Positions 24,101-39,100 of a stretch of 64,000 nt of DNA are shown piece by piece; the stretch's first letter is position 1; every line of letters begins with the position of its first letter. Below the pieces are notes generated by a model. It had not been told where the DNA came from, did not search any database, and saw nothing but the letters and a program-made list of their open reading frames with translations. The stretch spans positions 22,198,001 through 22,262,000 of the forward strand of contig NC_087250.1 of assembly GCF_037042905.1 (NCBI RefSeq), in the 5' to 3' direction. Made by a program: the position numbers and the translations under genes. Origin of the DNA: Lytechinus pictus (lineage: Eukaryota).

Positions 24101-27100
24101 TATGATGACAAAATGTCCTTAGAATGTCCAGGTCCTAGGTCAACGCTTCGCGCTCACATCATTTATTAAGAGCGATCCATAACATCCACTTCACGCTTTT
24201 CCTACACAGTGCTTGAATTAGTGCTTAAATTAACCCTTTTTGGCCTGCCTTTTTCAGATAGGAATATCAAATATTTTCAGCTAGCGCTTCGCGATCACAT
24301 TATTGATTTTCATGATAGAAAATATATTTATATCGAATGCCCAGATACTAGGTATAAATCTTAAACATACGCACGCATGTTTTTTGAGATACACAGCTTA
24401 TTCTTTATTTAAAACATGCTTAATTTATCCAGTTTCAGACTAAAATTTTCTGCTCGCACTTGATTTAGGATACCCAATTACCCATTCTTTTCATGATTTA
24501 AGAACATGAATAGAGTGACCCGTTTTTAGGTCTAAATCTCATTTTCCCCGCTTACGCTCACGCTTCGCGCATGCATTGTTTATGTATATGCCTATCCTGC
24601 CCATGACTACAAAATGTGCTTAGACTTTCCATTTTTTTAGGGTGGAATGTCAAAGATTTTCAGCTCGCTTTATTTCATTATTGAATATGTATCGCTTCAT
24701 GGCTAACTACAAACACTCCTTAACAGGTCCCTTTTCGATCAATTACATGTATATACGGATTTGTTCAGGATCACAAACATTGCCCAGAGCGTTCGATTTT
24801 CAGGACAGGATACATGAAATTTCCAAAAAAAGCTCGTGCTTTGCGCTAGCACTATTTTAATATAAAGCAAATAAGTGGCTGTTACGAAGAAACAAACAAA
24901 AATCATCTTTGAGTGGCCGATCGGGTAAAAAAAGGGTGACATTTTTTCGCCCCCCCCCCTCTTATTGGCGAAAGCTGGATCCGCCCCTGTTGTTATATAT
25001 AACTTTATTTGCAAATCTGCACATTAAAGGAATACACTATACGCCCAGGACACTTCCCTATAATGAGAAAATGTAGGGCAATAAAATTCACTATACAGAA
25101 AAAAAATCTTAGAATATCATACAATAATCAACATATCACATAAATATAGAGACACCAGTAGGTGCCTCTGGGGGACCGCAACAGGCACGACGCAAGCTGA
25201 GACCGGTCAAACGCCAGCCAAAGAGCCGCTAATGACCTTTAAAAAGCGTCATGTATGGCGCCGTCCCTCATTGGCCTGGAACCTTGACAAAGTTGACAGT
25301 CGCTGTCTTATTTTAAAAAAAATGAAGACCAAATGTAAATAATGACTTATTGATAGTCAGAAAGTGAGTGGGGATAAAATTAATCCGGGTCAATATCAAT
25401 ATAGAGTAAAATACTGGGAAATGCACCGAGGTGAGCAAAGGGAATGAAAATGGAGTCCGTCTATGTACTTGAAACACGAAGAGGGAGTTTGGTTTCCCAC
25501 ATATTCAGATTTTTTGAGAAATAAATGACAAAAGATGACACAATGGCCAATTTTGATATATTGATTTCACAAGATCGAGGATCTCGTCTGTTTGTCTTCT
25601 TTCCTCGTCTTCTTGTCATCTTGACTCCATTTAAGATTTTCATCCATGAAGACCTTACAAGACATCGTCAGTCCCTCGTCAACGCTGCTAACAAATCTGA
25701 TCTGATATCGAAGGTATACACAACTGATGGTAGAGTCAAAGCCCTTGTGAAGGCAACACAAAGATGGGTAACTATCACTTCTGAAAACCAAATAGAAAAA
25801 CTGTAGACTCATGAAAACTACACTAGTTCAAATATGAACGTAATGCTCAGATTATATGAACCTAGCTTTCCCGTGCATTTTTTTGTAATAAATCCGTTAG
25901 AAACAATCAGAAAGCTATCCTTTGTGTTAAATGTTCAAAATGGTCTCATTTGAAATGTGGAAATGTTTCAGATAATATTTTTATGTCGACGATTGACTGG
26001 ATTTGTAATAAATGTTTAATGAATGAACTTCCTTTTTACGTTGAAAATTCACCTCAAAAAGATATAAATGTACCTCTAACAAGAGAATCTCAAGATAATT
26101 CTAACGAGAACTCTAAATTACAAAAATATAAATTCCCAACAGAGAGGGGAATTAAAGTATCACACCTTAATGTTCACAGTTTAAGGAATAAAAAGGATGA
26201 AATAGAGTTGTTTTTAGATTCTAATCCATATGATATTTTTTCAATGTCTGAAACCTGGTTGGACAATGATTTTCCCTCTGGAAGCTTACATATAAATGGA
26301 TATAACTTAGAGAGAAAAGATAGAACTTGTGGAGCTGGTGGTGGTGTTGGTTGCTATATTAAATCAAATATTACCTATAAAAGGAGAAATGACCTTGAAA
26401 ATATTTCTTTGGAATTAATGTGGATAGAAATCCAAATAACCAACCAGAAATCATACCTACTAGGTATTGTGTATCGCCCTCCCAAGGCAACAATAGATGT
26501 GTTTGAAGAATTAGAATATAACATTGAAAACGTTTGTAATATAAGTAATAAAATACTAATCACAGGAGACATGAATTGTAATATGTTAACAAACAACCTT
26601 TTGTCTCGGAAAATCACAGACTTGTGTGACTCCCTTCAGTTTAGACAAGTGATCACAGAGCCAACCCGCATTACTCCATACAGTGAAACACTAATTGATC
26701 TTTTTCTTATAACTGATAGCCTGGGTACATTGCCGTGTGGTGTTCAATCGGTCGGTATAAGCGATCATTCATTGATATATATAAATCTCAAAGAAAAGAA
26801 ATTGAAATCCTATCCGAAGATTACAACTATGAGATCTTTTCGTAACTATGATTCAGAAAACTTCAAAGATGATCTTACTTTATTAAACTGGGATGAATTA
26901 TTTTCAGACAAAGAAAACGTTAATATGATGTGGTTAACTTTTAAAGATAAGTTCATTGAACTGTGTGACAAACATGCGCCTTATGTTAGTATAAGAAAAA
27001 ATAATAAACCTGCTCCATGGATAACAAATGAATATTTAATTCTTAGAAGAAACAGAGAATTTTACAAATCTAAATTCGACTATTTTAAATCTATTGGAGA

Positions 27101-30100
27101 TATAGAGAAAATTAATTACTTTTGGTCTGAATATAAACATATTCGTAATAAAATAAACAATATGAATAAAAAATTAAAACGTGAATATTACAGCAATAAA
27201 TTTAAAGATTTCTCAAGTGATCTGAAACAAAAATGGAAAACAATAAAAGAGCTTTTGCCAAAAAGTAAAACCAATGATAAATATAATCTACAATTTGAGG
27301 GTAAAATTATAGAGAATAGTAATGAAATTGGTAATGTTTTCAATCATATATTCAATACTGTGGGAGACAGAATTAGTAATTCAGACACACAAAGGACAGA
27401 AGTAGATGTTGAAGATGTAGATGATCCATGCACTAGAAATATACCCAATGTTGATACGATATTTTGTTTTACAGAAATAAGTGAAGAATTTGTATTGAAA
27501 GAGCTTAAAAATATTGATACGACTAAAGCTTATGGTCTCGATGACCTTCACCCTCGATTAATCAAAGACGCTGCAGATTTTATTGTAGGACCTCTAACCT
27601 ATATATTTAATTTCTCACTTTAAACTGGTTGTGTTCCAAATGATTTTAAATCAGCCAAAATAATACCAATACATAAAAGTGGTGACACGTCACAACCAAT
27701 GAACTACAGACCTGTATCGATTCTGTCGGTAATTGGAAAAATTCTTGAGAAGGGAATTCATAAACAGTTGTATAAATATTTAAACGACCATTCACTGCTT
27801 ACTGATAATCAATCGGGATTTCGACCATTTCATTCCACAAATTCTTGCCTCCTTGACATTACTGAATATATTTTACAAAATATGAGCTCTGGCTACCTAA
27901 CGGGTGCTGTATTTTTAGACCTTCGGAAAGTTTTCGATGTGATTCCGCATGATAAACTATTTAAAAAAATGTTATTGTATGGTATACGAGGTACTGAATA
28001 TAACTGGTTCCAATCATATTTAACAAACAGAATACGACGTGTCTCCATTGATAATGTTTTAAGTGATCCTCTCTTTGTTAAAACAGGAATTCCCCTAGGC
28101 TCGACCATTGGGCCATTGATTTTTAGCTTATATATTAATGATATTTGTGAAATTATTAATATACCACTTAATAAAATATCGTTATATGCAGATGATACCG
28201 TTATTTTTTGTAAATCAAAAAATAAAGAAAATTTGGAAATAACACTTCAATCTCAATTTAATATGATAGTTGAATGGATGAGGGTAAATCAAATGTATAT
28301 TAATGTCGAAAAAACCAAAGTTATGGTATTTGGTACTACTAAAAAGATTAATAAATGCAAAATCAATATTTCATGTAATAACTCATACTTAGAAAAAGTT
28401 GACAACGTAAAATACCTAGGAGTAATTATTGATTCTTCGATGAAATGGTCAAAACATATTGATGCACTTGTAAGCAAACTCTCACGTTTCACTGCATGTA
28501 TACGTCGAATTAAGATTTATCTAACACATAAAACAGTAACTGATTTATATTATTCTATGTTTGTACCACACCTTGATTATTGCAGTATTATTTGAGGAAC
28601 CTCAACGAAGCATAATATTACCAAACTACAACGAGCTCAAAATAGATACGCTAGAATGATTTTGAATGTCGATAGATATACACCAACTAAGGTTCTGTTA
28701 CATACCCTAAATTGGCAATCCGTCCAACAACGTATAAAATTCAATTACTGTATAATGATGTATAAAATAATTAATAACCTTGTACCAATGTATCTAACAA
28801 GACTCGTTTCCTATAGACCAATTTATTACTCTACAAGATATGCTGCAACCAATCCTTTACATGTCCCAACACCTAGAACAGAATATATGAAATCAACTTT
28901 TTCTTATCAAGCAATCGTAATTTTTAATACCCTTCCTTTAAATATACAAACTTGTGGATCATTTATTATTTTTAAGAAGCATTGTAAACAACTAAGTTTA
29001 GAATTTTAGTTCATTTTTAAAGTAAACTGAATACATTTTAACTGAATTCCGATATAATCATATGTGATAGTCATAGTGGGCTTTATAGTGGGGTTGGGGA
29101 TGGGGAGGGATTGTTGTTGTTTTCTTTCTTTAAATGTTTTATTGTACTCTATATTTTTATATATGTTTACCTTTTTAGCATTTTTTTTTCTTTTTACTTG
29201 ATGTTAATAAAAAAATCGAAGATAAGACCGCCATTATGACGTTAACTGGCGTTAACTGATTTTATTGTATTACTCTATTTTTAGTATTTCTATTTTTTAT
29301 CATGCTGGTATAATTTGTTGTTCTCTGGTTTTTATAGTTGCTTTCTCTGTATATTGTATGTAATGTTTTACTCTTTTTACATTGTATGATATTGTAATAT
29401 TTTATTGTTAACATTTTAACAGGGCTCTCTTGTAAAGCAGTTGTATACTGAAGAGACTACCCTGGGTAAATAAAACAAAATAAATAAATAAATAAATAAA
29501 AATTTCTCTTCTTCTCATCTCGTGTTCTGGGGCACTTTTAAGCTTCCGTACTAGTGCCACTAGACCACTATTGTTATACAGATTCACACAGAAAAAGAAA
29601 AAGTGTTGGAAATATTAAGACAACTTCGGAAATATAGACAACCACAAAATTAAACGAAACGATTGAAATCTAGTCTATCGCGAATAGCCATCTTGTATTC
29701 TCGGCACCAACAAGTTGACTTGCCGAGTTCCAACAACTCGTCATCTTGTCTTCTCGTCCTGACAAAGTCGACTTAACGAGATTGAGGATCTTGTGCTGTT
29801 GTCTTCTCATTATCAATAAACTGACTTGACAAGATCGAGGATCTCGTCTTCATGTCTTCTTTCCTCGTCTTCTTGACATCCTGACTCTTTTTTTCGTCTT
29901 CTCATCTCGTCTTCTGGGGGCACTTTTAAGCTTCCGTACTATTGCCACTAGACCACTATTGTTATTAGACGAAATGATGGTTGAACGAGACGGTAATTGG
30001 ACCGCGCATGGCAACAATACCAAATGGTTGTTAGCCGAAATGGGTTTAGAAAAAGTGATTGTAGACCAACTGCATTTAGACAAAATGGAATGTGGACGAA

Positions 30101-33100
30101 ATGAAAGACCAAGTGGTCTAATTAGACCAGTTGGCTATTAGACCAAAAGGTAATAGACGTAATAATATTGGAAAAAGTGGCTATTTTGCCAATTGGCAAA
30201 AATACAATTACACCAGCTGATAAAAAACAAAATGGCTATTAGACGAAATGATATTAAGCCATGTGATTGTGGACAGAATTTTGACTAAATTGCAATAAAT
30301 CGATAAATATCCATACAAAGAGTAATCCAGGGCCCCGTCTTACAAAGAATTACGATTGATCCAATCAATCGCAACTATGGACGGTCAGCAACGTCAACAT
30401 GTATTATGCTCGTTTGTTCCAAATATTTTCTAACTATGATGTATATTCATGCATTCATTGTTTTCTTGAAAATTCACTGTGCTTCTCTTTGTTTGCAAAG
30501 GACATTGTACCAATCTCCTATAGAAAAAATTATGACACTGATGGATTTCCATAGAGTTACGATTGATTGGATCAATCGTAACTCTTATCGTAAGACAGGG
30601 CCCTGATTTCCAAATCACTTAATTCTCTTTCTCATGTCTAAACATAAAGATAAAGAGTGGGAAGGTAAACAAAATCAAAACAAAAAAAATACTTTTAAAA
30701 AGTTAGGCCTATTCCTTCCAGCATCAAAACAGTGGTCATAAATTTCCCTGCAAAAGCTTTGAATATGGGAGCCGAACGACCCTCGATCGCCCCCACCTCC
30801 CAGACAAATGAGTATAACTGGAAGGGAAATGGGAAAAAGATAGAACGAAAATTATATTGAGAGAGAAAAAAAGAAGGGTTAGGGAAATCGGTTTGATGAA
30901 AGCTATAGATTACAGAGGAAAGAAGGATGGACGAAAACAAAAATGTTCAAAGAAATTTGGAGATATGCCAGATCTTTGGATACTCAGTTTTAGTACATTT
31001 TATCAGGCATTAGCTTGACGCATGAATTTCATGCATTGTTTAGTAATGTCCTATTGTCAGATTGATAGAATTGCCGGTGTGTCACCCCCCCCCCCCATCA
31101 GCTAAGTAGAGCCATGTAATTATTTTTACGTGCACCCCACCCCCAAAAAATTTTGCGGTTTGAAATTATTGTTCCTACGATACGAATTCTAATTAACAAT
31201 ACGAAATATAATTTTCTTTATTAAAACGTCGAGAAGAACGATGAAATATAGTTAAATTTGCATTTGAAATTGTCTTTAAAACACCATCAAGAGGTACGCA
31301 ATGGCTTTACTCTCTCGCAAAACAAATAAAAATTACATGTCCACCCCCCCCCCCCCCTCCCCTTTCTCCTGATCTGTAGTAAGGTATATGGTATTAGAAG
31401 TTTTACAAAAATACTACTTGAGGGTCTTAGCTAATGCAATCAATTGAAGTCTGGCGTGTACTTGTTCTCCATCCCCTTGGCCCAATCCTAGAGGCATTAG
31501 AAGGCTGACGCAATCCAAATTTCCTTTCCTCGCAGCAGAATGGAGTGGGATGTGCCCTTTGTTATTCTTTGATGAAGTTGACTCCGACATCTCGTCAAGA
31601 TTTAGGACATGCTCCAATATCTTTGAGTCCCCGCTGTTGGGAAACAATTCGTGCACATTCATTTTCATGAGAGGCTTGTGGGCAGACCAATGTTGTGTAC
31701 ATGGTATATTGGCCTACATACATGTACGACATACCACAAACCGCGAGGGAGAAATTGATATCAGTAATATTAATTAACTGAACGTGAAATCCCTACCCCT
31801 GATTCAATCAATTGAACCATAAGTTAGGACACCTAACAAGAACAAATAAATACTGTAGTTAAAGGAGAATGAAACTCTTGGAGCAAGTTAGCTTTTGTGA
31901 AAGCAGAAAAATCAAAGAATAAGATCAACAAAAGTTTGAGTGAAATAGGAGTAGCAACAGAAGAGTTATTTGAGCATTTGAATGTCGAGATCACTAATGC
32001 TATGGAGATCCTCCCATTGGCAATGCGACCAAGATCTTTGATGTCACAGATGAACAACTCTCCCCTTTTGGACACTGGAAATATACCCCAAAACATCTCT
32101 TTTTGCTCATTCTAATCATATGACAAACGATTCATCAATGATATAATGTTGTGAAACCTCTGTACTTGTCCTCTCATAAAGAGAACACCTCACATTGTGA
32201 TAGACTCTATAAAAGTGAGAATATAAGTGAAATAAGTACTACCCACTGGGCAATTTGTTACCGATTACCAATTTTACCGGTTATTACCGGTAATATCACC
32301 CGGAAATTTGAGTAACACCAAATATTACCGTTATTACCATGTTATTACCGAAATTATAATTCCTGTTGATACCTGTTACTGTTATCACCCTGATGAAACC
32401 TACATTTACCTAGTTACAACAGGGTGATGAGGGGTAATAAGGGTAATGTTGAATGACTTTGATTGGTTATAACATTGCAAACTTTAGTAATAAGAGCAAT
32501 CTTACAGCAATCCCAGCGAAATTTTCAAAGTCCAAAAAATTACTGTTATCACCCTGATGAAACCAACATTTTACCCAGTTACAAACAGGTTGATAAGGGG
32601 TAATGGGTAATGTTGAAACGCTTCCATTCCCAGACAGCAAAGTATCTGGATCACATACGGTTCTTATCTGGGATATCTGGGTCCCATATGGGCCCACATG
32701 GAACCCAGATGAAAACATATACTTGAACCCACATGGTGCCCAGATAGGACTCAGATGGAAACGAGACCTCCAACCCATGCGGAACCCATTAATATTGGGT
32801 AAATGGAGTAATATCAGATGGTAATATCAGGAAAATGCTGGGAATATTAGTTACTCATGAATATTCATTACTACAATAAATGGCCAAAATTTTAGCTAAT
32901 ATAGCTGTAATAATTAATGTGTTTATGTTTATGCAATTATTCCACCCAGAAAATTTTCAGAAAAATGTTTAGTTTATATATCATATTAGTCATAATCATG
33001 ACATTAATGTTAGAAAAATGTTTTAGGGTTGAATAATTGTTAACCATAATTTGTCAAGTGTTGTAAACTCGCTCAATATATAGAAGTAAATGACAGGGTT

Positions 33101-36100
33101 TGGTGGATAGGTGTAGGATAGGATTAGGATTAGGATGTAGGATTTTAGGATAGGATAAGATGATATGGCTTAGAGTATGGAGTTGTAAAAATGTGCTTCA
33201 ATGACCCTAATGACACTAATTGTTTTTTTAATGAGCCGACATTAATTGGGTAATATTGGGTAAACAGAGTAATATGAGCTAGTGGTGATATCATTAAAAT
33301 GCTGGAAATATCGGTTACATCATACTGGGTAATATTGGGTAAATGGAGTAATATCGGGTCCGGGTAATAACGGGGAAAGATTGGTCTACTATTTCCCCGT
33401 TACTACCTACTGGTGTTACCGTGGTAATAACTACGTTATTACCTGTTATAACCCGGGTAATATCGGGTAAAATGCCCAGTGGGTAAAGTAATGAGGGAGT
33501 TGTACGTGTGTGACATCACAGATCTTGGTCGCATTGCCAATGGGAGGATCTACATGGCATTAGTGATCTCGACATTCAAATGCTCATAACTTTCTTATTA
33601 TTCATTCAATCTTCCTCAAACTTTCAACAATATGTTTCTTTGATTTTTCTCTTTGATATGGATTCAGCTGGTTTCAAGGGTTTCATTCTCCTTTAATACA
33701 CGGTGGTAAACCAACTTCTAAGGAAAGCTGGAAAAAGAGTATCGGGGACTTTGCAACAAGGGTGGTATTTTATTCATCTATTTATTTCCCGTTTTATTTA
33801 ATGAGGGTGGCCTCATCAGTTATATAAACTGTTGTCATTGAGGGCCCTGGTAATGGGGTAACTTGCGCACATGTATTAGAAAACGTACTAACTCGGCATG
33901 GAAATTTTGGAAAAAAAAGTATTAGTGTGGGTGAAAAGAGGATTACCGATTGAGCTAGAGCCAGAACACAAATTTAGTATTTCTAAAAGAACATTTCTTT
34001 GACTAACCATAATAATTATATTTGGACTACTAATATGACTTAAGATTGAAGGTTTATTCCTCATTAAAATGTAGGAAATGAAACCCCAAATTCAATACCA
34101 CGTAATATCATTGATAAATACATGATATTCAAAATAAATCCATCTATTTCATTTCACTTATTTTTTATTTCCAACAATCATTTACAATACGTTTTGTTAC
34201 ATACATCTTGATATAATTATAATCAATAAAATAAGGAAATTTTATATGTATAATAATCAAGATAACCATGTATCAGGTCGGAAACGGAGGAAGCTGCTAA
34301 AAAGCGAAGCTTGTAGAATGCAGCCTCCTATTACATATTCGTATGAACAATGTAAACAAAACACAAATACAACATGGTAGAAATTATATCCCAATCAGAT
34401 TTGCCATTATGGAGTACCGCCTCTTTAAAGTTGGGATTCCTCAAGTTTGATGTCTCTAGATAGAGTTCGCCATTTTCGCGGGGTTGGTTCAAAATCGTAA
34501 CGTCGGGGACGAACCTACATATCTATGTTTGCCTATTATAGATTATATTATACAGATACATATATACATTATTCATAATACTCATAAATATATTATTCGA
34601 AATTGGTTTGATAATATATTAGAATTTACAAACAACGATTCATGAGATTTAATTAATGGTACATGTTCCTTCCAAATTTACAATTTACAAACTGGCAAAT
34701 TATAGCTAATTCGCCAATTTGGAAAATGTAGCTATTGGTGCAAAATAATCATTAAAATTCATCAAATTGTATTTTGAAACTATGATTTCATATCAAACAC
34801 ATTTGGAAAAAAAAAATATGAACAAAATTGGAAATCTAGAAATATCAAAATGTGATCAACGTTTTTCTACAACGTGCATTTGTGATTTTCCGTTTGTCTA
34901 CATTCTGAGCACTACTTTTAGAACATTGTTCGTACTATTATCATGATCACTGAATTTTATTTTCTTAAACATGTTTAATGATTATTTCCTTGTTGGAGCA
35001 TAGTCTTAACACAATTATTCTATGAAAAAAAAATGATAATATTCCTTACGAACCCTAGGGCAGCCGCATGAACTAGGGTATCACCATCATTATCCCTCTT
35101 ACAGTGGTCTGCTCCATTCTCTAACAGCTTTTCAACACAGGAATGATGACCATGCTCTGCAGCTAACAGCAACGCAGTTGAATTATGGTTTGACTGGTGG
35201 AAAAGTCAAAGTTTGAAGATTTATAAAATTATTACTGGCTACTTTCTTGTTTAAGACCACTGAGTTGAGAACAGGACGAAATACCTTAAAAGATACTATT
35301 TCAAAGGTATGAAAAGGTACTTCCACGAAAAATCATTCTATGTCAAATGTCACCAATGCGTCACCTACATGTAATTTTTCAAAAAAGAGTAAGGAGTATC
35401 ATCAAATGGAAGGCTTAGTTTGTAGACAGGTTAATATACGACCAAAATTACCCTTACCCGGAACCAATTGCAACAAATGATTTTTCAACGTTGACCTCGG
35501 GAATAACATACTTGAAAATGGCTGCAATTCACTGAAAATGGATACTCACTTATTATTCACCCGAGAATCCTATTTCGGTTCATGTTCCATGGTCTTAGGA
35601 TGTAAAAAAATTGATACAGGCTAGAGTGAATATAAGCACTCCAGTGTACCTGGCAAATACAAATTGGCGCCCAAAATGGATGACGCTGGCTAAAAATCCA
35701 CAATCCATCTATCACTAACTTAAGTGGCTTGAATTTTGCTTCTATTCAATGGTGTTAAGGGTAAGGTAATACAGTGGAACAATTTACAAGGACAGCCAGT
35801 GGTCTGGTGTGTCCAAAAATCCAAGATGGCTTCCAAAATTGGAGTTTAAAACGGCGGCTGATGATTAAAATGGACATATTTCATTTCATATCCGCCTTGG
35901 AGATAATGTTTTTAGTGTATAGACCATGTTTTCAATGGTCTAATAATGAATTGGGACAAGTTACAAGGACAGCCAGTAGTCCAGTATGTTCAATAATCGA
36001 AGATGGCTTCCAAAAAGGTTTCTAAAATTGCTGTTGCTTCTTAAAAAAAAACCGACATAGTTTGCTCAATGTCCAGAAATGTCATTGTTGTGTCTAAACC

Positions 36101-39100
36101 ACGGTTAAATGGGTCAAATAATACATTGGGACAAGTTACAAGGAAAGTCAGTCTGGTATGTCTAAAAGATCCACGATGGATTCCAAAAATTTATTCTGAA
36201 ATACCTGCTAAAACTTAAAGCGGACATAGCCCATTTCATTTTGGCCTGGGAAATGCGAATTTGGTGTCTAAACCACTGTTTCCAAGGGTCAAATAATACA
36301 TTAAGACAAGTTTTAAGGACAATCAGTGGTCTGGTATGACCAACAATCCAATATGGCTTCCCAAATTTGATTCTAAAATGGCTGCTGATACTTAAACGTG
36401 GCATAACTCATTTTATATCCGCCTGTGGGATATGATATCGGTGTCTAAACTATGGTTTCAATGGTCAAATTATATATTAGGACAAGTTACAATGACAGAC
36501 AGTGGTCTAGTATGTCCAAAATGCCAAGATGGCTTCCAAAAATGGAGTAAAAAATTGTCTGACGTTACTTATAAAAGGACATAGTTTGTTCAATATCTGT
36601 CTGGGGAATATGAGTTTCGTGTCTAAACCATGGTTTAAAGGGTCAGGTAATACAGTATGGTAAGTTACAAGAACAGTCAGTGGTCTGGTATGTTAAAAAA
36701 ATCCAACATGACTTCCAAAAATTTGGTGTAAAATGCCTGTTGTTACTTAAAAGTAGACATAGAAATACACCTTGAAGATATGAATTTGGTGTCTACACTA
36801 GAGTTTAAAGGGTCAAATAATGAAGTGGGTTAAGTTGAAAGGACAGTCAGGTGTCAAGTATGTCCAAAAATCGATGATGGCTTAAAAATGGGGTCTTAAC
36901 TGATTGTTAGTACTTAATAGTGGATATAGAACATTACAAATATACCAGGGGATATTATTTTGGTGTCTACATTAGGGTTTCAAGGGTCCAAAAATACTTT
37001 GGGACTGGTTACCATGATATTCAGTTGTCCATTTTGCCTTAAAAATCCAAGTTGGTTTCAACAATGGGTTCCAAAGTGATTGCTGCTACTTAAAAGTGGA
37101 CATAATTCATATAATATCCACCTGTTAGAAATGATTTTGGTGCCTACACGCATTTGGGTAAGTCATATTGTTTCATGAGTTGGTAACACCACCCATATTG
37201 ATGAAATTCTAGAATCTATCTTGGATTTTTTGACAAAATTAAATACTAGCATCCTTGTTATAGTTCACTGTAAAAAATATTGGAAAAAATATTACCCAGC
37301 TCTCGCGAGTAATTATGTGTCCAACCAATTTAGGACAGTATTTTACCCAGTGCGGGAAGCACATTGTCCAGCAAGCTTTTAAAATAAGCTGCAATTACTT
37401 TAGAATGGGCAAAATTTTTATCACACTGGTCAAATAAAAATGCCCTCAAAAAATGCCCAATGTTGGTTGGACACATGATTACCCTCATGGAGCATTTTTA
37501 CCCAATATATTTTAGAGTGTTGTCTGAATGTATTATTTGACCCTTCATACAACAGTTTAGACGCCAACATTATTTCTCACAGATAGATATTGTAGAACTC
37601 TGACCATCTGACAATCAGTGATATGAGTCGTAAAACACTCTTGGGTTTTTAGGCAAACTGGACAACTGCATATCAAGTAACCAGTCCAAATGTATTATTT
37701 TACCAAGAAACCATAATGTGGACATCGAAATCATATTTCCTTGGTTGATGTTAAATGAACTGTGTCCATTTCTAAACTAACAGCGGTCGTTTTAGACTCC
37801 GATTTTGGGAAGCCATCTTAGATTTTCGACATACTGGACTACTGTCTGTCCTTGTAACTTATTTTCTGACCTTTAAAACCATGGTTTAGACATCAAAATC
37901 ATATGCCCTTGACGGATATTACATGAACTATGTCCATTTGTAAATAACAGCGGCTATGTTATACTACTTTTTTGAAGCCACCGTGGACGTTTGGACATAC
38001 TTGATTACCGATTGTCCTTGTATCTTATCCCAATGTATTATTTGACCCATTTAACCATGTGTAGGCACAGATATCACATTCCCAGATATTGAACAAACTA
38101 TGTTGGGTTTTTAAGTAGCAACATAAATTTGTTACTCCATTTTTGCGTGCCGTCTTGGATTTTTGAACATACTGGACCACTGTCTGTCCTTGTAACTTGT
38201 CCCGAAGTATTGTTTAACCATTGAAACCATGGTCTAGACACCAAATTAATATATCCCAGGTGGATATGAATTGAGCTATGTCCATTTTAAGTTTCAACAG
38301 CCATTTTAAACTTATGTTTCAAGCCATCTTGGATTTTTGGACACACCAGACCACTGGATGTCCTTGTAACATGTCCAGATGTTCTACTCACCCTTAAAAC
38401 CAATGAATAGAAACCAAATTAAAGCCAATTAAGTAATAGAGGAATTGTGGATGTTAAGCCTACGTTATTCATTTTTGGCGCCATCTTGGATTTTCCTGGT
38501 ACCCGGAGTGCTGATATACATGTAACTTGTATTAATAAAATTGTTTGCCCTCTGGACCATGGAATATGAACATGAATAGGATTCTGGGGTGGATAATGAG
38601 CGAGTTATATTCATTTTCAGTAAATGGTGGCCATATTGGACGCCATCTTGAAAAATAACTACTTTCCCGTATGCGCATTTTGGTAGATTTGTAGTATGTT
38701 ATTCTTGAGGTCAAATACTGCGAGAAATAGATGAAAAATCATTTGTTCCGGGTCAAACCATATATTAACCCGTCTATTTCCTTAGCAGACCTCAAACATT
38801 TTCAAAGGTGACTGTGAGTAGGCTTGAAACAGTTACATGAGGAAAAAATGACTATCATACTTGTTTGTTAACATCTGCTCCCCTTTGCAAAAGAAAATCT
38901 ACGCATTCGAAATATCCCTTCGAACTAGCCAATAGAAGAGCTGTACGGCTATTTTTGTTCGTCGTATCTATATCGACACTATTCTCCAGAAGACATTCAA
39001 TGATTCCGGGCCTATTCCTGTAAAAAAAAAAAAAGATGAATTGCGCATAATATGTATACATACGATAATTTGCCTTGGCCACGTATGTGTAAGGTGATGC

